A stretch of DNA of 64,000 bases from Ignavibacteriales bacterium (GCA_037444745.1 JBBILT010000003.1:263532-327531); one strand, 5' to 3'. Positions 38,824-50,232 are shown, counted from the stretch's first letter. Numbers and translations: made by a program. Notes: generated from the sequence alone by a model not told the origin.

Positions 38824-40800
38824 CTATTTAAGCAGCACTAACTTTTTACCGTACTCTTTGCCGCCAAGTTGAATCAGAGCATAGTAAATTCCGCTTGCAC
38901 AAAGGTAACCTTGATTTGAATAACCATTCCACTCAAAATAATTTTCACCCTCTTTTGTAATAATATTTTTCTCAATTACTTTCTGTCCGGAAGCATCAAT
39001 TATCGCAATTTTAAATAATTCATTCCCGGTAGACTTGAAATTTATCCTGGTAGTTTTATTATTTGCCGGTATGTAAGGGTTAGGGAATAAATCGCTAACC
39101 TGATAATTACTAACTGTGTTTGAAATTTGAAGATTTAGTGAAATAATGTCCGATCCATAAATAAATTTATATCTGCCTGCGTTGGGTAAAATATGAATTG
39201 TATTCAGACTATCGAGATATTTAATATTAAACTCCGCTCTTTCTCCATTGATTGTTTGGGGCAAAGCGAATATATAGTCGTAATCACCGGTCTTATTCAA
39301 ATCATATTCCTGCAAAAGATCATTAGTAATACTAAAAACAATTTTAACAGATTGTGGATTAATATTTTTCTCAAAAATAGTTTGATGCAATACATATCCG
39401 TTATTTACTTTTTCAAGATTAGGAAATTCAATAGCATTTTTTGCGGAGATAATTCCGTAACCGATTTGATTATTCGGATCAGAAGAATTTGAAGCCGTCT
39501 CAAGTATAATACTTCTTATCTGTGTGTTCTTTAAATAAGGATGTGCAGATAAAAGTAAAGCCGCAACACCGCTTGCAATTGGAGCTGAAGTAGATGTTCC
39601 ACTATTCAATTTGTATCCATTAACGGTTCCTGCAACAGCTCCAAAAGTATTAACGCCGAATGCAACTATATCTGGTTTAATTCTCCCATCAGATGTAGGA
39701 CCAATGCTGCTGAATCCTGCACGAATGCCGAATTCATCAACTGCACCGACTGCAATAATACTTAATCCATCAGCTGGGGCAATAATGTATTTCCACTGTG
39801 TATTACCTTCATTTCCAGCGGATGTAAAAGTAGAAACACCTCTTTGAAATGCGAGCTCCGCAACTTTTGTTACGATGGCTGTTTTTCCATCCATATCACT
39901 ATAAGTATATGAATACCCTGAATCAAAAATATTATATCCCAACGAGCTTGAAGTGATATCGACTCCAAGTGATTCCATCCAGATTAGTGCGGCTGCGTAA
40001 TTATCTTCTTCAACATTCGTTTCACTTCTTATATCTTCGGTCTTTGCTAAAATAAAAGTAGAATTAAAAGCGGGACCAATCATAACACTATCTTTGTAAC
40101 CTGCAAGTAAAGAAAATATATAAGTTCCATGGCTATCCTGGTTAGGGCTATCGCCTGATTGATTAGCAGTAACTGAATCATTAAAAACAAAATCATATTC
40201 TCCAATTACCTTTCTGTTCTTTAACGATTCATGTTTTTTCCAATCAAATCCAGAATCAAGAATACCAATTATAACGTCATTGCCGTAAATCCCTTTTGAA
40301 TGAACTAACGGCACATCAGATAGATTAATCTGTTTAAATGAATTACCGTAATTAATTATTGAATCGCTTTGGTTATTTTTTAATAAATCATTATCTGATT
40401 TATCAGAATTCTGGAAGCGGATTTCCTTAACTGGTTCAACAGATTTTATGAATGGTAAAGTCTTTACTTGATTTATTTGTTGATCCGTCAAATAAGCAGA
40501 AACGGAATTAAACCAATTCAGTTCGTGAACAATCTTAATTCCAATTGCTCTTAATTGCTCTTTATAATTATCCTGAATTGGCAGGTCATCATAATTAATA
40601 ATTTCCTTTCCCATATTTTTTATTCTTCTATCAATAGCCCTTTGGGATAAATTGCTTAAAGCATCATTATAATACTTACTTGATTTGTTTAAAACAGTTT
40701 TGCTATCTATCCCCTTATCAGTGAAATAAATAAAATATTTTTGCTGACCAAAAATGAGTGAAGAAAAAAGTATTAATATGAATGTTAAATATCTAATCAT
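38824..40800 (-). CDS. secreted S8 (subtilisin-family) serine peptidase with T9SS C-terminal sorting domain
   Basis: Catalytic triad contexts ILDSGFD, HGTYIFS and GTSTSAPIASG. The C-terminus FPNPY...GIYYALIQL...KLVLLK resembles a T9SS sorting domain. Confidence 0.85.
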   Translation of the reverse strand: MIRYLTFILILFSSLIFGQQKYFIYFTDKGIDSKTVLNKSSKYYNDALSNLSQRAIDRRIKNMGKEIINYDDLPIQDNYKEQLRAIGIKIVHELNWFNSVSAYLTDQQINQVKTLPFIKSVEPVKEIRFQNSDKSDNDLLKNNQSDSIINYGNSFKQINLSDVPLVHSKGIYGNDVIIGILDSGFDWKKHESLKNRKVIGEYDFVFNDSVTANQSGDSPNQDSHGTYIFSLLAGYKDSVMIGPAFNSTFILAKTEDIRSETNVEEDNYAAALIWMESLGVDITSSSLGYNIFDSGYSYTYSDMDGKTAIVTKVAELAFQRGVSTFTSAGNEGNTQWKYIIAPADGLSIIAVGAVDEFGIRAGFSSIGPTSDGRIKPDIVAFGVNTFGAVAGTVNGYKLNSGTSTSAPIASGVAALLLSAHPYLKNTQIRSIILETASNSSDPNNQIGYGIISAKNAIEFPNLEKVNNGYVLHQTIFEKNINPQSVKIVFSITNDLLQEYDLNKTGDYDYIFALPQTINGERAEFNIKYLDSLNTIHILPNAGRYKFIYGSDIISLNLQISNTVSNYQVSDLFPNPYIPANNKTTRINFKSTGNELFKIAIIDASGQKVIEKNIITKEGENYFEWNGYSNQGYLCASGIYYALIQLGGKEYGKKLVLLK

Positions 40801-40866
40801 ACTTGTGAAAAATTTTTATAAAGTTATAAAATAGAAATGAATATAAAAGTGGAAAATTTTATACGA

Positions 40867-41709
40867 TTAATTTATCGATTGCATTATCCGGCTGAATCTT
40901 ATTGAATTATAATATTCAGATATTCCGTTTGATTGGACCGGAAGCTGTGACCAATAAATCATAAATGCCTTTCCGATAATCCACTCCTCGGGAATGTATC
41001 CAAAATAACGGCTATCAATGCTGTTCATTCTGTTATCACCTAAAACAAAGTAATAATCTTTTTCAAAAGTATATTCTCTAAGCGGTTTGTCTTTTAAGTT
41101 TATAACTGTTCCTTCAACGCTCATTACCTTTTCACCAAAATCAATATTGATGGCATTTTGCCATAGCATAATATTTTTGGGATTTAATTTCACTGTCATT
41201 CCTTTTTTAGGAATGATAACTGGTCCGTAATTTTCCGCAGTCCATTTCCCATCGTATGGAAAAAGTTCTTTATTACCTTTCGCAGATTTTGATTCAGAAA
41301 GGTTTATATGGATAAATGAAGGGTTGCGAAGTTTTTTACCATTTATAAAAATTTCCTGGTCAACAATCTGAATCGTATCTCCGGGTAAACCAATAATACG
41401 CTTTACAAACATTGAATAGTTTCTTGACGCTGGATCGTAAAATTGTGAGGGCATTTCGAAAGCAATAACATCATTCAATTCCGGCTTGCCTAACGAGAAT
41501 AATTCTTTTTTAGGCAGTCGGTTACCTAAAATAGGAATTTGGTAAGGAGTTGAAATGGAATATGACATTTTGTTTACAATAATAAAATCGCCTTCAAGTA
41601 AAGTGTCTTTCATCGATCCGGTGGGAATTTTTAATGCATCAATTACAAAAGCTTTTAGTATCATTATCAGAATAAAAATGAGTACAAGATATTTTATAAT
41701 CCGAACCAT
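40867..41709 (-). CDS. lepB: signal peptidase I
   Basis: GSMKDTL (catalytic Ser), VKRIIGLPGD and GDNRMNSIDSRYFG motifs. Confidence 0.9.
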   Translation of the reverse strand: MVRIIKYLVLIFILIMILKAFVIDALKIPTGSMKDTLLEGDFIIVNKMSYSISTPYQIPILGNRLPKKELFSLGKPELNDVIAFEMPSQFYDPASRNYSMFVKRIIGLPGDTIQIVDQEIFINGKKLRNPSFIHINLSESKSAKGNKELFPYDGKWTAENYGPVIIPKKGMTVKLNPKNIMLWQNAINIDFGEKVMSVEGTVINLKDKPLREYTFEKDYYFVLGDNRMNSIDSRYFGYIPEEWIIGKAFMIYWSQLPVQSNGISEYYNSIRFSRIMQSIN

Positions 41710-41720
41710 AATAATTTTTA

Positions 41721-43514
41721 CTAATCCTCGATTTGTAAAACAGCCAGAAATGCTTCTTGTGGAATTTCAACATTACCGACTTGTTTCATTCTCTTTTTAC
41801 CTTCCTTTTGTTTTTCCAAAAGTTTTCTCTTACGTGAAATATCACCGCCATAACATTTTGCCAAAACATTTTTCCTTAATGCTTTAACAACTGATTTTGA
41901 AATTACCTTTGTTCCAATTGCCGCTTGAATACTAACCTCAAACATCTGCCGAGGAATTAAATCTTTTAATTTGGAGCTGACTTTTTTTCCCCATTCAAAA
42001 GATTTACTCCTGTGCACAATCATCGATAAAGCATCAACAGGTTCTCCATTCAACAAAATATCTAACTTAACAAGATCTGATCTGCGATAACCAATATATT
42101 CATAATCAAAAGAAGCGTAACCGCGTGTTGATGATTTTAGTTTATCATAAAAATCAAAAATTATTTCTGATAGTGGAAATTCATATTGAATGTCTGCGCG
42201 GGTGGGATCGATATATGTTGTATTGATATATGTGCCGCGTTTATCCATAGCTATTTTCATGATATTGCCAACATACTCACTTGGTGTAACAATCTGTGCC
42301 TTCATATATGGTTCTTCGATGTATTCAATATTTCCTATTGAAGGCATCTCAGCAGGATTATCAACAACTGTCTTCTCTCCCTTTTTTGTGTAAACGATAT
42401 ATTCAACGTTTGGAAGAGTTGTTATGATTGATTGACCATATTCTCTTAGTAATCTTTCCTGTACAATTTCCATATGAAGTAAACCGAGAAACCCACACCT
42501 AAAACCAAAACCCAATGCAGCAGATGTTTCTGGTTGATAAATTAAAGCGGAATCATTCAGACGAAATTTATCCAATGCGTCGCGTAAATTTTCAAACTCA
42601 TCTGCATCGGTGGGATAAAGTCCGCTGTAAACCATCGGTTTAACATCTTTATATCCTGGCAATGGTTCACTTGCACCATTTTTAACATGTGTAACTGTAT
42701 CACCAACTTTTGTATCGTGCACATCTTTTATTCCTGCAATAAGATATCCAACATTTCCAGCAGGAAGTTCATCTGTTTTAATTCTTCGTAATCCTAAAAT
42801 GCCAATTTCTTCTGCTTCAAATTGATTATCCGCTATAAAAAATTTTAGTTTATCATTTGTACGAAGCGTACCTTGAAATACTCTTATCAAAGCAATGGCG
42901 CCGCGATATGAATCAAATTTAGAATCAAAAATTAGTGCTTGCAGAGGTGCATTAGGATCACCTTTGGGAGGCGGAACTTTTTGAACAATGGTTTCAAGTA
43001 ATTTCTCCATTCCAATCTTAGCTTTTGCACTTACAAGAATTATATCTTCTTTCTTGCAGCCAATTAAATCAATTATCTGATTAGATACTTTCTCAATTTC
43101 GGCGCTGGGCAAATCAATTTTATTTATTACGGGAATTATTTCTAATCCTGCATCAATAGCCAGATAAAGATTACTTATCGTTTGTGCTTCCACACCTTGA
43201 GCAGCGTCTACAACAAGCACTGCTCCTTCACATGCGGCAAGCGAGCGAGAAACTTCATAAGTAAAATCCACATGTCCGGGAGTATCGATCAAATTTAGTA
43301 TATATTTTTGCTTGTCCTCCGCATGATAATGCATTTGGATAGCATGTGATTTAATAGTTATTCCTCTTTCGCGTTCAAGTTCAAGATCATCTAATATCTG
43401 ATCCATTGCCTCACGTTTAGAAACAACTCCTGTAATGTCCAAAAGGCAATCTGCAATAGTTGATTTACCGTGATCTATGTGGGCAATTATGCAAAAATTT
43501 CTAATGTTGTTCAT
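41721..43514 (-). CDS. lepA: translation elongation factor 4
   Basis: [16 protein letters not shown] and DTPGHVDF GTPase motifs. The LepA-specific C-terminus is present ([23 protein letters not shown]). Confidence 0.97.
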   Translation of the reverse strand: MNNIRNFCIIAHIDHGKSTIADCLLDITGVVSKREAMDQILDDLELERERGITIKSHAIQMHYHAEDKQKYILNLIDTPGHVDFTYEVSRSLAACEGAVLVVDAAQGVEAQTISNLYLAIDAGLEIIPVINKIDLPSAEIEKVSNQIIDLIGCKKEDIILVSAKAKIGMEKLLETIVQKVPPPKGDPNAPLQALIFDSKFDSYRGAIALIRVFQGTLRTNDKLKFFIADNQFEAEEIGILGLRRIKTDELPAGNVGYLIAGIKDVHDTKVGDTVTHVKNGASEPLPGYKDVKPMVYSGLYPTDADEFENLRDALDKFRLNDSALIYQPETSAALGFGFRCGFLGLLHMEIVQERLLREYGQSIITTLPNVEYIVYTKKGEKTVVDNPAEMPSIGNIEYIEEPYMKAQIVTPSEYVGNIMKIAMDKRGTYINTTYIDPTRADIQYEFPLSEIIFDFYDKLKSSTRGYASFDYEYIGYRRSDLVKLDILLNGEPVDALSMIVHRSKSFEWGKKVSSKLKDLIPRQMFEVSIQAAIGTKVISKSVVKALRKNVLAKCYGGDISRKRKLLEKQKEGKKRMKQVGNVEIPQEAFLAVLQIED

Positions 43515-43603
43515 TTTTTTAGCTTAAATTCAGTACAAATATAGAGATGATGTGAGTATTAAAAAAGAAAGAGCACGATCTGAATTGAGTAATAAATTTG
43601 TTT

Positions 43604-44557
43604 TTACTTTTTAAGTTTCGCATATGTGTCAAACACAATTCCCTCACGAAGTGCATATTCTGAAATAACCATTTTATCGATTTTAAATAACTCAAATATT
43701 TTTTTAAGAATAATAATTCCACCTGGAATTATATCTGCGCGATTTGTTTCCATCCCTTGAATTAAAACTCTTTCCGCCGGTGTTTTTAATTTGATTATTA
43801 AATCGTAAACATCTTCAAATTCTTGTTTAGTAAAGCTAAATCCGTTAAGCACGTCTTTAACTTTGTTATATTTAATAAACTGTGAAAGATAAAATATTGT
43901 GTCTATGGTTCCAGATACACCGGCAGCAAAATCAAAATTTATATTTACATTAATATTTTTGTTTGCCATGATTTGTTTTTCAACATAATCACCGCAAGAT
44001 TTAATTGCTGAATCAGTAATAATGTAATCAGGGAAAAACATTTTTGATAATCGTACAGCACCAATTTTAATACTTTCTGCAAAAACAGAAATTCCATTTT
44101 GAGCATAAATCAATTCAGTGCTTCCACCACCAATATCCATGCACAAAACATTTTTATTACCGATTGGTAAAGCTTTTTTTAATCCGAGAAAGATTAATTC
44201 AGCTTCTGTTTTTCCATCAACAACTTCAATGGTAATTCCCGTGTTCTTATAAACAGCATCAATAAATTCTTTTTGATTTTTAGCTTCTCTTACAGCACTT
44301 GTTGATATAGCCCTTACAGTTGCCTGATGATATTTGGCAAGATTAGAAAAACTGCTCAAAACTTTAATTGCTCTTTTAGTTTCGGTTTCTGAAATAAGGC
44401 TTAAATCTTTTCCCTTTTCTGAACCTAATCTTAAAACCTCTCTATCTCTGTCAAGCAAATTGAATGAACCATCGTTTAACATTTCAACAATAATCAGGTG
44501 AAAAGAATTTGTGCCAATATCAATTGCAGCAATTTTATATTTAATTATTGTATTCAT
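43604..44557 (-). CDS. Ppx/GppA-family phosphatase
   Basis: IAAIDIGTNSFHL and DIGGGSTE actin-like ATPase motifs of exopolyphosphatase/GppA. Confidence 0.85.
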   Translation of the reverse strand: MNTIIKYKIAAIDIGTNSFHLIIVEMLNDGSFNLLDRDREVLRLGSEKGKDLSLISETETKRAIKVLSSFSNLAKYHQATVRAISTSAVREAKNQKEFIDAVYKNTGITIEVVDGKTEAELIFLGLKKALPIGNKNVLCMDIGGGSTELIYAQNGISVFAESIKIGAVRLSKMFFPDYIITDSAIKSCGDYVEKQIMANKNINVNINFDFAAGVSGTIDTIFYLSQFIKYNKVKDVLNGFSFTKQEFEDVYDLIIKLKTPAERVLIQGMETNRADIIPGGIIILKKIFELFKIDKMVISEYALREGIVFDTYAKLKK

Positions 44558-45641
44558 TGGTATTTAATAAATCATTACAAACTTTAAGTACATCATCTAA
44601 TTCTATATCATCTATCAGATCAGATTTACGAATAAATATTTTATTTTTTCCACAAGGCGCCCAGTTGAAAGGATTTGTAGGTCCAAAAAGAGAAATTGTT
44701 GGTGTATTAGTTGTTCCTGCTACGTGCATTATGCCTGTGTCATTTGTAATAAATAGATTTGATAATGAAATCAATGCTGCAATTTCTGAGATGCTGTGAT
44801 TAATAAATTTATGAATTTTAATCTTCGAATTGTTTGTAACGTAATCTAACTCTTCCTTATCAGCATCGGTACCGGTTAAGTAAAATGTACACTTATAATT
44901 CTGATTAAGAATATTTATCAATTCTGAATATTTTTTTAATGACCATCTGTTTTGCGGTTTACCAGCACCAACATGCAAACCAATTAATTTAGAGTCTTTC
45001 TTGAAATTTATTTGAGATAAATATTCATTTACAATTTTCGAATCTGCATCATCAAAGGAAACAACAGAACTAAAATCTTTTGTATCGATTCCAAATGGTC
45101 TTACTATTTCCAAAATATGTTCGGCAACATTTGAATCAGGAAATTTTCTCCAATCAATATTCACTTGCCTATCAAACAGAAAAGCACTTTCATTAGGTTT
45201 ACCATCTAGCGAGTTGGAACCGATTCTTATCTTACTGTTTGAGATTCTAGCAATAAAATTGCTTGTAAATGAAATTGAAACGGTAACCGGTACAATAACA
45301 ACATCAAATTGTTGTCTTATAAATTTGATGAAGGAAAATAGACTAATAGGATTATACATTTTAAATTTATTGAAGACATAAAGTTTATCAATAAATTTAT
45401 TTTTAATTACACCATAATAATTCTCATGGCTTGCAAGTAAAGTTAATTCAGACTGAGGATATTTTTCCTTGAGTGCTCGGAATAAAGAAACTCCGGCAAG
45501 CAAATCACCAAGCTGATTATGCTGCCTTATCACTAATATTTTTCTTACCAGACCAAGCTCTTTGCTTTTATTTTCCGGAACAGAAAAGAATTGTTTAAGG
45601 AAACGCATTAAGAGATTTGACGTGCTGAATTTACTTGCCAT
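44541..45641 (-). CDS. glycosyltransferase family 9 (heptosyltransferase-like)
   Basis: ILVIRQHNQLGDLL N-terminal motif and a TNDTGIMH-type C-terminal motif. Confidence 0.8.
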   Translation of the reverse strand: MASKFSTSNLLMRFLKQFFSVPENKSKELGLVRKILVIRQHNQLGDLLAGVSLFRALKEKYPQSELTLLASHENYYGVIKNKFIDKLYVFNKFKMYNPISLFSFIKFIRQQFDVVIVPVTVSISFTSNFIARISNSKIRIGSNSLDGKPNESAFLFDRQVNIDWRKFPDSNVAEHILEIVRPFGIDTKDFSSVVSFDDADSKIVNEYLSQINFKKDSKLIGLHVGAGKPQNRWSLKKYSELINILNQNYKCTFYLTGTDADKEELDYVTNNSKIKIHKFINHSISEIAALISLSNLFITNDTGIMHVAGTTNTPTISLFGPTNPFNWAPCGKNKIFIRKSDLIDDIELDDVLKVCNDLLNTNEYNN

Positions 45642-45843
45642 TACTGTCTAATTTTTCTTTTTCGTCATCCGATTTGATTTCAGTGTACTTTGCTTCTTCG
45701 ATATTTTCATATTTAGATTTTTTTTGGCTCGCTTCATTTTTAAAACGATTTCCGTTTTGAGGCTTAAACAAAAAACTTAGCACTCCGCGAAGCAATCGAA
45801 ATAGCAGCAGAAAGATTACGAAATAAACCAAAAACCTTATCAT
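45631..45843 (-). CDS. small membrane-anchored protein, function unknown
   Basis: 70 aa with one N-terminal TM helix and a charged tail. Its end overlaps the GT9 start by 11 nt, and it begins 3 nt after the upstream gene stop. Confidence 0.4.
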   Translation of the reverse strand: MIRFLVYFVIFLLLFRLLRGVLSFLFKPQNGNRFKNEASQKKSKYENIEEAKYTEIKSDDEKEKLDSNGK

Positions 45844-45846
45844 TAC

Positions 45847-46506
45847 TTATCCAAAACTCTTAGACTCGGGTTTGAAATACTCAATAACACCGCGGTCTTC
45901 ACGAAAGATTTGTTTAAATAATTCGTTAAAGTCTTCATCGTTATTTACAAAATCAATTTCAGAAGAGTTAACAATTAAAAGTGGTGTGGAATTGTATCTA
46001 AAAAAGAAATGATTATATGCATCACTCAATTCTTCGATATAGCTTTTAGTCAGATTTCTTTCAACTGCTCTTCCACGCTTTTTAATGTTAAACATTAATC
46101 GTTCGATACTTGATTGAAGGAAAACAACCAAATCGGGTTTTCTTAAATTTCTGGATAACAATGGAAAAATATTTTCATAAAGTTTAAGTTCTTCAGCAGA
46201 AAGATTTAAGTATGCAAATATTTTGTCTTTATCAAAGATATAATCACACACAATAAAATTTGTAAAAAGGTCTTCCTGATTTAATTCTTCTTGCTGCTTA
46301 AATCTATTAATTAAAAAGAACATTTGAGTTTGGAAAGCATATCGTTTTCTATCATTATAAAAATTTTCCAGAAAAGGATTTGTTTCAAACTGCTCTGCAA
46401 TTAATTTGGCATCAAGCTTCGCTTTTAATTTTTTTGCTAAGGCTGTTTTACCTGCACCGATAACTCCTTCAACAGCGATGAATCTTATCTCGTCATTCAT
46501 ATTCAA
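45847..46506 (-). CDS. deoxynucleoside kinase
   Basis: P-loop GVIGAGKT, with a DR.. motif and lid region (KRGR) typical of the dNK/dGK family. Confidence 0.85.
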   Translation of the reverse strand: MNMNDEIRFIAVEGVIGAGKTALAKKLKAKLDAKLIAEQFETNPFLENFYNDRKRYAFQTQMFFLINRFKQQEELNQEDLFTNFIVCDYIFDKDKIFAYLNLSAEELKLYENIFPLLSRNLRKPDLVVFLQSSIERLMFNIKKRGRAVERNLTKSYIEELSDAYNHFFFRYNSTPLLIVNSSEIDFVNNDEDFNELFKQIFREDRGVIEYFKPESKSFG

Positions 46507-47033
46507 GATGTTTTCTCTTCGGTTATTAAAGAAAAAGAAATTTTTTTTATGATGTTTTTAATTTTAAGATCACTGATAAAATCACTTACTTTTTTGTTAA
46601 ATACCGGGTGAATCAAATCTGGATCTATTTCGCACAAAGGAACTAGAACAAAATCCCTGTAAATTACTCCTTCGTGCGGTAAAGTAATAATTTCATTTGA
46701 AAAAATTAAATCGTTAAAAAATAAAATATCAATATCTATTTCCCTGGGACCCCATTTTTCTCGCTTTATTCTGCCTAATTTTTTTTCAATATTTTTTAAC
46801 TGTGCAAGTAATAAAAGGTGATCAAATTTTGTGGATATTTTAATTACTGCATTTAAAAAATTATCCTGACTAATATTTCCAAATGGTAAAGTTTCATAAA
46901 CTGAAGATATTTTTTCAATGCAGCAATTTTCAAGCTCACTAATATTAATAATAGCAGATTTAATATTATTAAGCCTATCGCCTTTATTAGACCCAAGTCC
47001 AATAAATACGTTATTTATTTGATCATTCTTCAA
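46503..47033 (-). CDS. folK: 2-amino-4-hydroxy-6-hydroxymethyldihydropteridine diphosphokinase
   Basis: GLGSNKGD, RWGPREIDIDIL-like (KWGPREIDIDIL) and PHEG motifs. Apparent TTG start 1 nt after the folB stop. Confidence 0.9.
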   Translation of the reverse strand: MKNDQINNVFIGLGSNKGDRLNNIKSAIINISELENCCIEKISSVYETLPFGNISQDNFLNAVIKISTKFDHLLLLAQLKNIEKKLGRIKREKWGPREIDIDILFFNDLIFSNEIITLPHEGVIYRDFVLVPLCEIDPDLIHPVFNKKVSDFISDLKIKNIIKKISFSLITEEKTS

Positions 47034-47034
47034 A

Positions 47035-47409
47035 TTAAAAAAGATCTTTTCTTTCTTTAATCACTTCAACTTCAACACAATCAACAACACCACCCAAAGG
47101 CGGATTATTTTTGCGTACACGTACAGCGATCTTTGTAATCGCGGAATATTTAATCAGTAATTCATCGGCGATATGAGTAGCAAGCGATTCTATCAGATAA
47201 TATTTATGCTCAAGTGCCATTTGGTATAAAAATTTATAAACTTTTTGATAATTAATTGTTTCACTCAAAGCATCTTTTTTGGCAGCTTCAGAAAAATTAG
47301 TATAGATGTCAACATCAGCTTCAAATTTACCACCGACACTTTGCTCTTCACTCATAACTCCGTGATAACCATAAAAAGCAGCTTTCTTAATTCTGATAAT
47401 ATTTTCCAT
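47035..47409 (-). CDS. folB: dihydroneopterin aldolase
   Basis: 124 aa with YGYHGV..EE...G and INY..V motifs. Adjacent to folK. Confidence 0.9.
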   Translation of the reverse strand: MENIIRIKKAAFYGYHGVMSEEQSVGGKFEADVDIYTNFSEAAKKDALSETINYQKVYKFLYQMALEHKYYLIESLATHIADELLIKYSAITKIAVRVRKNNPPLGGVVDCVEVEVIKERKDLF

Positions 47410-47457
47410 TACTCAATTGCCTGATTTTAATTGTTACAAAATTAACGATTTAGATTG

Positions 47458-48378
47458 TTAAACATTAATATTAGATTGACGCATCGGTTTCGATTTAATA
47501 AAACTTTGCAGATTAGCAATCAGTAAACCTACTAAAACCATAGCTGCACCAATAATATTTTCTTTTGTTAATTGCTCATTATAAATCAGCCATCCGAGAA
47601 ACAGCGCTACTATTGGAGTAATAAATGCAATTAATGAAAGCAGAACGACATTTATCTTTTTCATCAACCAATAGAATGATGTAAACGTAACTATGCTTCC
47701 AAATATTGCGAGATAAAGAACTGAAATTATTGCAGTACTATCAATTTTTATTTTTGAAATATCTTCCAGAAACAAACCTAAAATTGTTAATCCAACACCT
47801 GCTATAAGCATTGGGATAAAATTCATTGAAAGTGGATTTAATGCTTTCCCCTCTTTTTTAATTAGCACAGCTATTGCAGCTTGAATAACTCCACTCAAAA
47901 CAATTGCAATCATGCCAAGGATATTTAAACTTAAATCAGCACCAAATGAATCTGAAAAGATTACGATGATACCAAAAAATCCCAGCACCATTCCGATAAT
48001 TTTGTATGTACCGATTTTTTCATCGGGTATAAACAGAAATGAAAAGAGAGCAACACAAAAAGGGTAAACTCCAAATAGAACTGATGCTAATCCTGATGGA
48101 ACAAATTGCTCGCCCCAGTAAACTAATCCAAAGGCAATGATAAAAGAAAATATTCCCATCAATAGATAAAGTTTAATTGCTGCTTTATCAGTTTGCAAAG
48201 TCATTCCACGCATTCTCATTATCACAAAAATTCCCGAAGAAGCAATAATGAATCTAAACCCGGATGAAATAAATGGTGAAAGAGATTCCAGGCTTGCTCT
48301 TATTCCCAGCCAGGTTGAACCCCAGATTAAACAGAGCATCAGGTAAACTAAAATTATTTTGGGAGTGGTTGATTTCAT
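47458..48378 (-). CDS. EamA/DMT-family transporter
   Basis: Ten predicted TM helices with a duplicated EamA-like architecture. Confidence 0.8.
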   Translation of the reverse strand: MKSTTPKIILVYLMLCLIWGSTWLGIRASLESLSPFISSGFRFIIASSGIFVIMRMRGMTLQTDKAAIKLYLLMGIFSFIIAFGLVYWGEQFVPSGLASVLFGVYPFCVALFSFLFIPDEKIGTYKIIGMVLGFFGIIVIFSDSFGADLSLNILGMIAIVLSGVIQAAIAVLIKKEGKALNPLSMNFIPMLIAGVGLTILGLFLEDISKIKIDSTAIISVLYLAIFGSIVTFTSFYWLMKKINVVLLSLIAFITPIVALFLGWLIYNEQLTKENIIGAAMVLVGLLIANLQSFIKSKPMRQSNINV

Positions 48379-48379
48379 T

Positions 48380-49114
48380 CTATCCTTTTAAAGCAATAAC
48401 TCCAAGTGATCTTCCTGATTTATTACCATCCCTTCGATATGAATGAAGCAGAGTTTTAAATTCATATGTGCACAATTCGGATTTTTGGATTTGATTTTGT
48501 GGAATTCCAAAATCAACCAACATTTTATAATTAATACCACTTACATCTAAAAAAATTTCCCCGTCATTTCTCAAAACAAAGCTATGATCAAACTTTTGTG
48601 CTACTTCATTCCCGACTTTATAATTAGCGGCTGAGATAGATGGTCCAATATAAGCAATTAAGTTATCTGGATTGGAATCAAAATCTTTTTGCAGCTTAAC
48701 TAAAGTTTTGTATAGAATTTTTTGTTCCGTCCCTCTCCAACCGGAATGAATTGCTGCAATAACTTTTTTCTTAAAATCATAGATAAATATTGGAGTGCAA
48801 TCCGCAATGACTATTGCAAGCCCGAGATTTTTTTTACTTGTAATCAGTGCATCACTTTCACCATTATCTCCGGCACAATCAATAATTTTAATGATATCAG
48901 AATGCATTTGTCTTTGAAAGCCAACGGCTTCTAAATCTAATCCAACAGCATTAAGGAATAACTCTCGATTATTATCAACATTTGATTTATCATCGCCAAC
49001 CGAATAAGAAAGATTAAAATCAAAAGTGGAATATCCGTTTTCACCAATCTTAGTACTAAACCCAAAAATTATTTCAGGATATCGGTTGAATATGTAAGGC
49101 TTAAGTATGTACAT
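48380..49114 (-). CDS. pgeF: YfiH/PgeF-family (laccase-domain) purine nucleoside phosphorylase-like protein
   Basis: ADC.P, HSGWRG and LCTY...HSYRRDG motifs. Confidence 0.85.
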   Translation of the reverse strand: MYILKPYIFNRYPEIIFGFSTKIGENGYSTFDFNLSYSVGDDKSNVDNNRELFLNAVGLDLEAVGFQRQMHSDIIKIIDCAGDNGESDALITSKKNLGLAIVIADCTPIFIYDFKKKVIAAIHSGWRGTEQKILYKTLVKLQKDFDSNPDNLIAYIGPSISAANYKVGNEVAQKFDHSFVLRNDGEIFLDVSGINYKMLVDFGIPQNQIQKSELCTYEFKTLLHSYRRDGNKSGRSLGVIALKG

Positions 49115-49242
49115 TTTTTAGGATCAAATTTAAGAAAAGAATTACATTCAATGATATAGCAGAATGGATAAATTGAGATATTTAACTTGTAATGTTAAAT
49201 TGAATTATAAAATTTATTATTTAAGTGGTATAGAAAAATCTT

Positions 49243-50232
49243 TTGCATTTAAAAGTAAAATCATATTTAAAGATTATTATATTTAATCTTACGGTAGTTG
49301 CCTTTCTATTTTTGCTTTTCGAATTCTGTATTAGATTATTTATTCCTGAAATAAAATTAGCAGGTACCTCAGCCAACTTGTTTGTAGATTCGGTTTATAA
49401 TTCTACATCTGGTTTGGAACCAAATACCACTGGTTATTCAAGTGATGTATTAAAAACTACCAATCAATTTAGATGCTGGAAATACAAAAGGCCCGTTTCT
49501 AAAATGTCAAAAAAAATATTGACTCTTGGCGATTCTGTAACAATGGGTATCGGAGTTACTAACGACTCTACTTTCCCCGGTATTCTAAATTCGATTGACG
49601 ACACAGTTGATATTCTTTGCCCTGCTTTAATTGGTTATTCATCATTTGACTATTTAAACATTGCAGATTACTTCTTGTCAGAAAAAGTTAAGGGCATTTC
49701 GATCAATGAAGTTCAAATATATTGGACTCTAAACGATTTGTACTCGAATTTTCCGGATAAAAATGGACCTTCAGTTGCACCTGATAATTTCTTCTTTAAA
49801 TTAGTTTATCATTTAAGACGAAACTCTAAAGCCTATATTTTTATTAAGAATTTATTTAGCGACAGATCAAAAGCCTATTTTGATTATGATAATCAATTCT
49901 ATTTAAAAGATAATCCGATATTACAATCTGCCATTAACCATTTAAAGGAAGTATCGATAAAATGTCAATCAAAGAGAATCGCTTTAACAGTTTTTATACT
50001 ACCTTATGAATACCAAATTAGAAATTATTACAAAATAAATATATTCAAAGCGCAGGAAATATTTTTGACCTCACTTAAAGATTCTCCCTTCCAAGTGATC
50101 GATTGCAGCACAGCGTTTAAAGATCATTACAAAAGCTCAAATAAATATTATCTTTGGGGGGATGGTATTCATTTTTCTGAAGAAGGTCATAAACTTATTG
50201 CCAATTTTGTTAAGAATTATTTTAAAAAATAA
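49243..50232 (+). CDS. SGNH/GDSL-like hydrolase with N-terminal membrane anchor
   Basis: LTLGDSVTMG (block I) and GDGIHFSEEGH (block V). Apparent TTG start, so the start position is uncertain. Confidence 0.6.
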   Translation: MHLKVKSYLKIIIFNLTVVAFLFLLFEFCIRLFIPEIKLAGTSANLFVDSVYNSTSGLEPNTTGYSSDVLKTTNQFRCWKYKRPVSKMSKKILTLGDSVTMGIGVTNDSTFPGILNSIDDTVDILCPALIGYSSFDYLNIADYFLSEKVKGISINEVQIYWTLNDLYSNFPDKNGPSVAPDNFFFKLVYHLRRNSKAYIFIKNLFSDRSKAYFDYDNQFYLKDNPILQSAINHLKEVSIKCQSKRIALTVFILPYEYQIRNYYKINIFKAQEIFLTSLKDSPFQVIDCSTAFKDHYKSSNKYYLWGDGIHFSEEGHKLIANFVKNYFKK

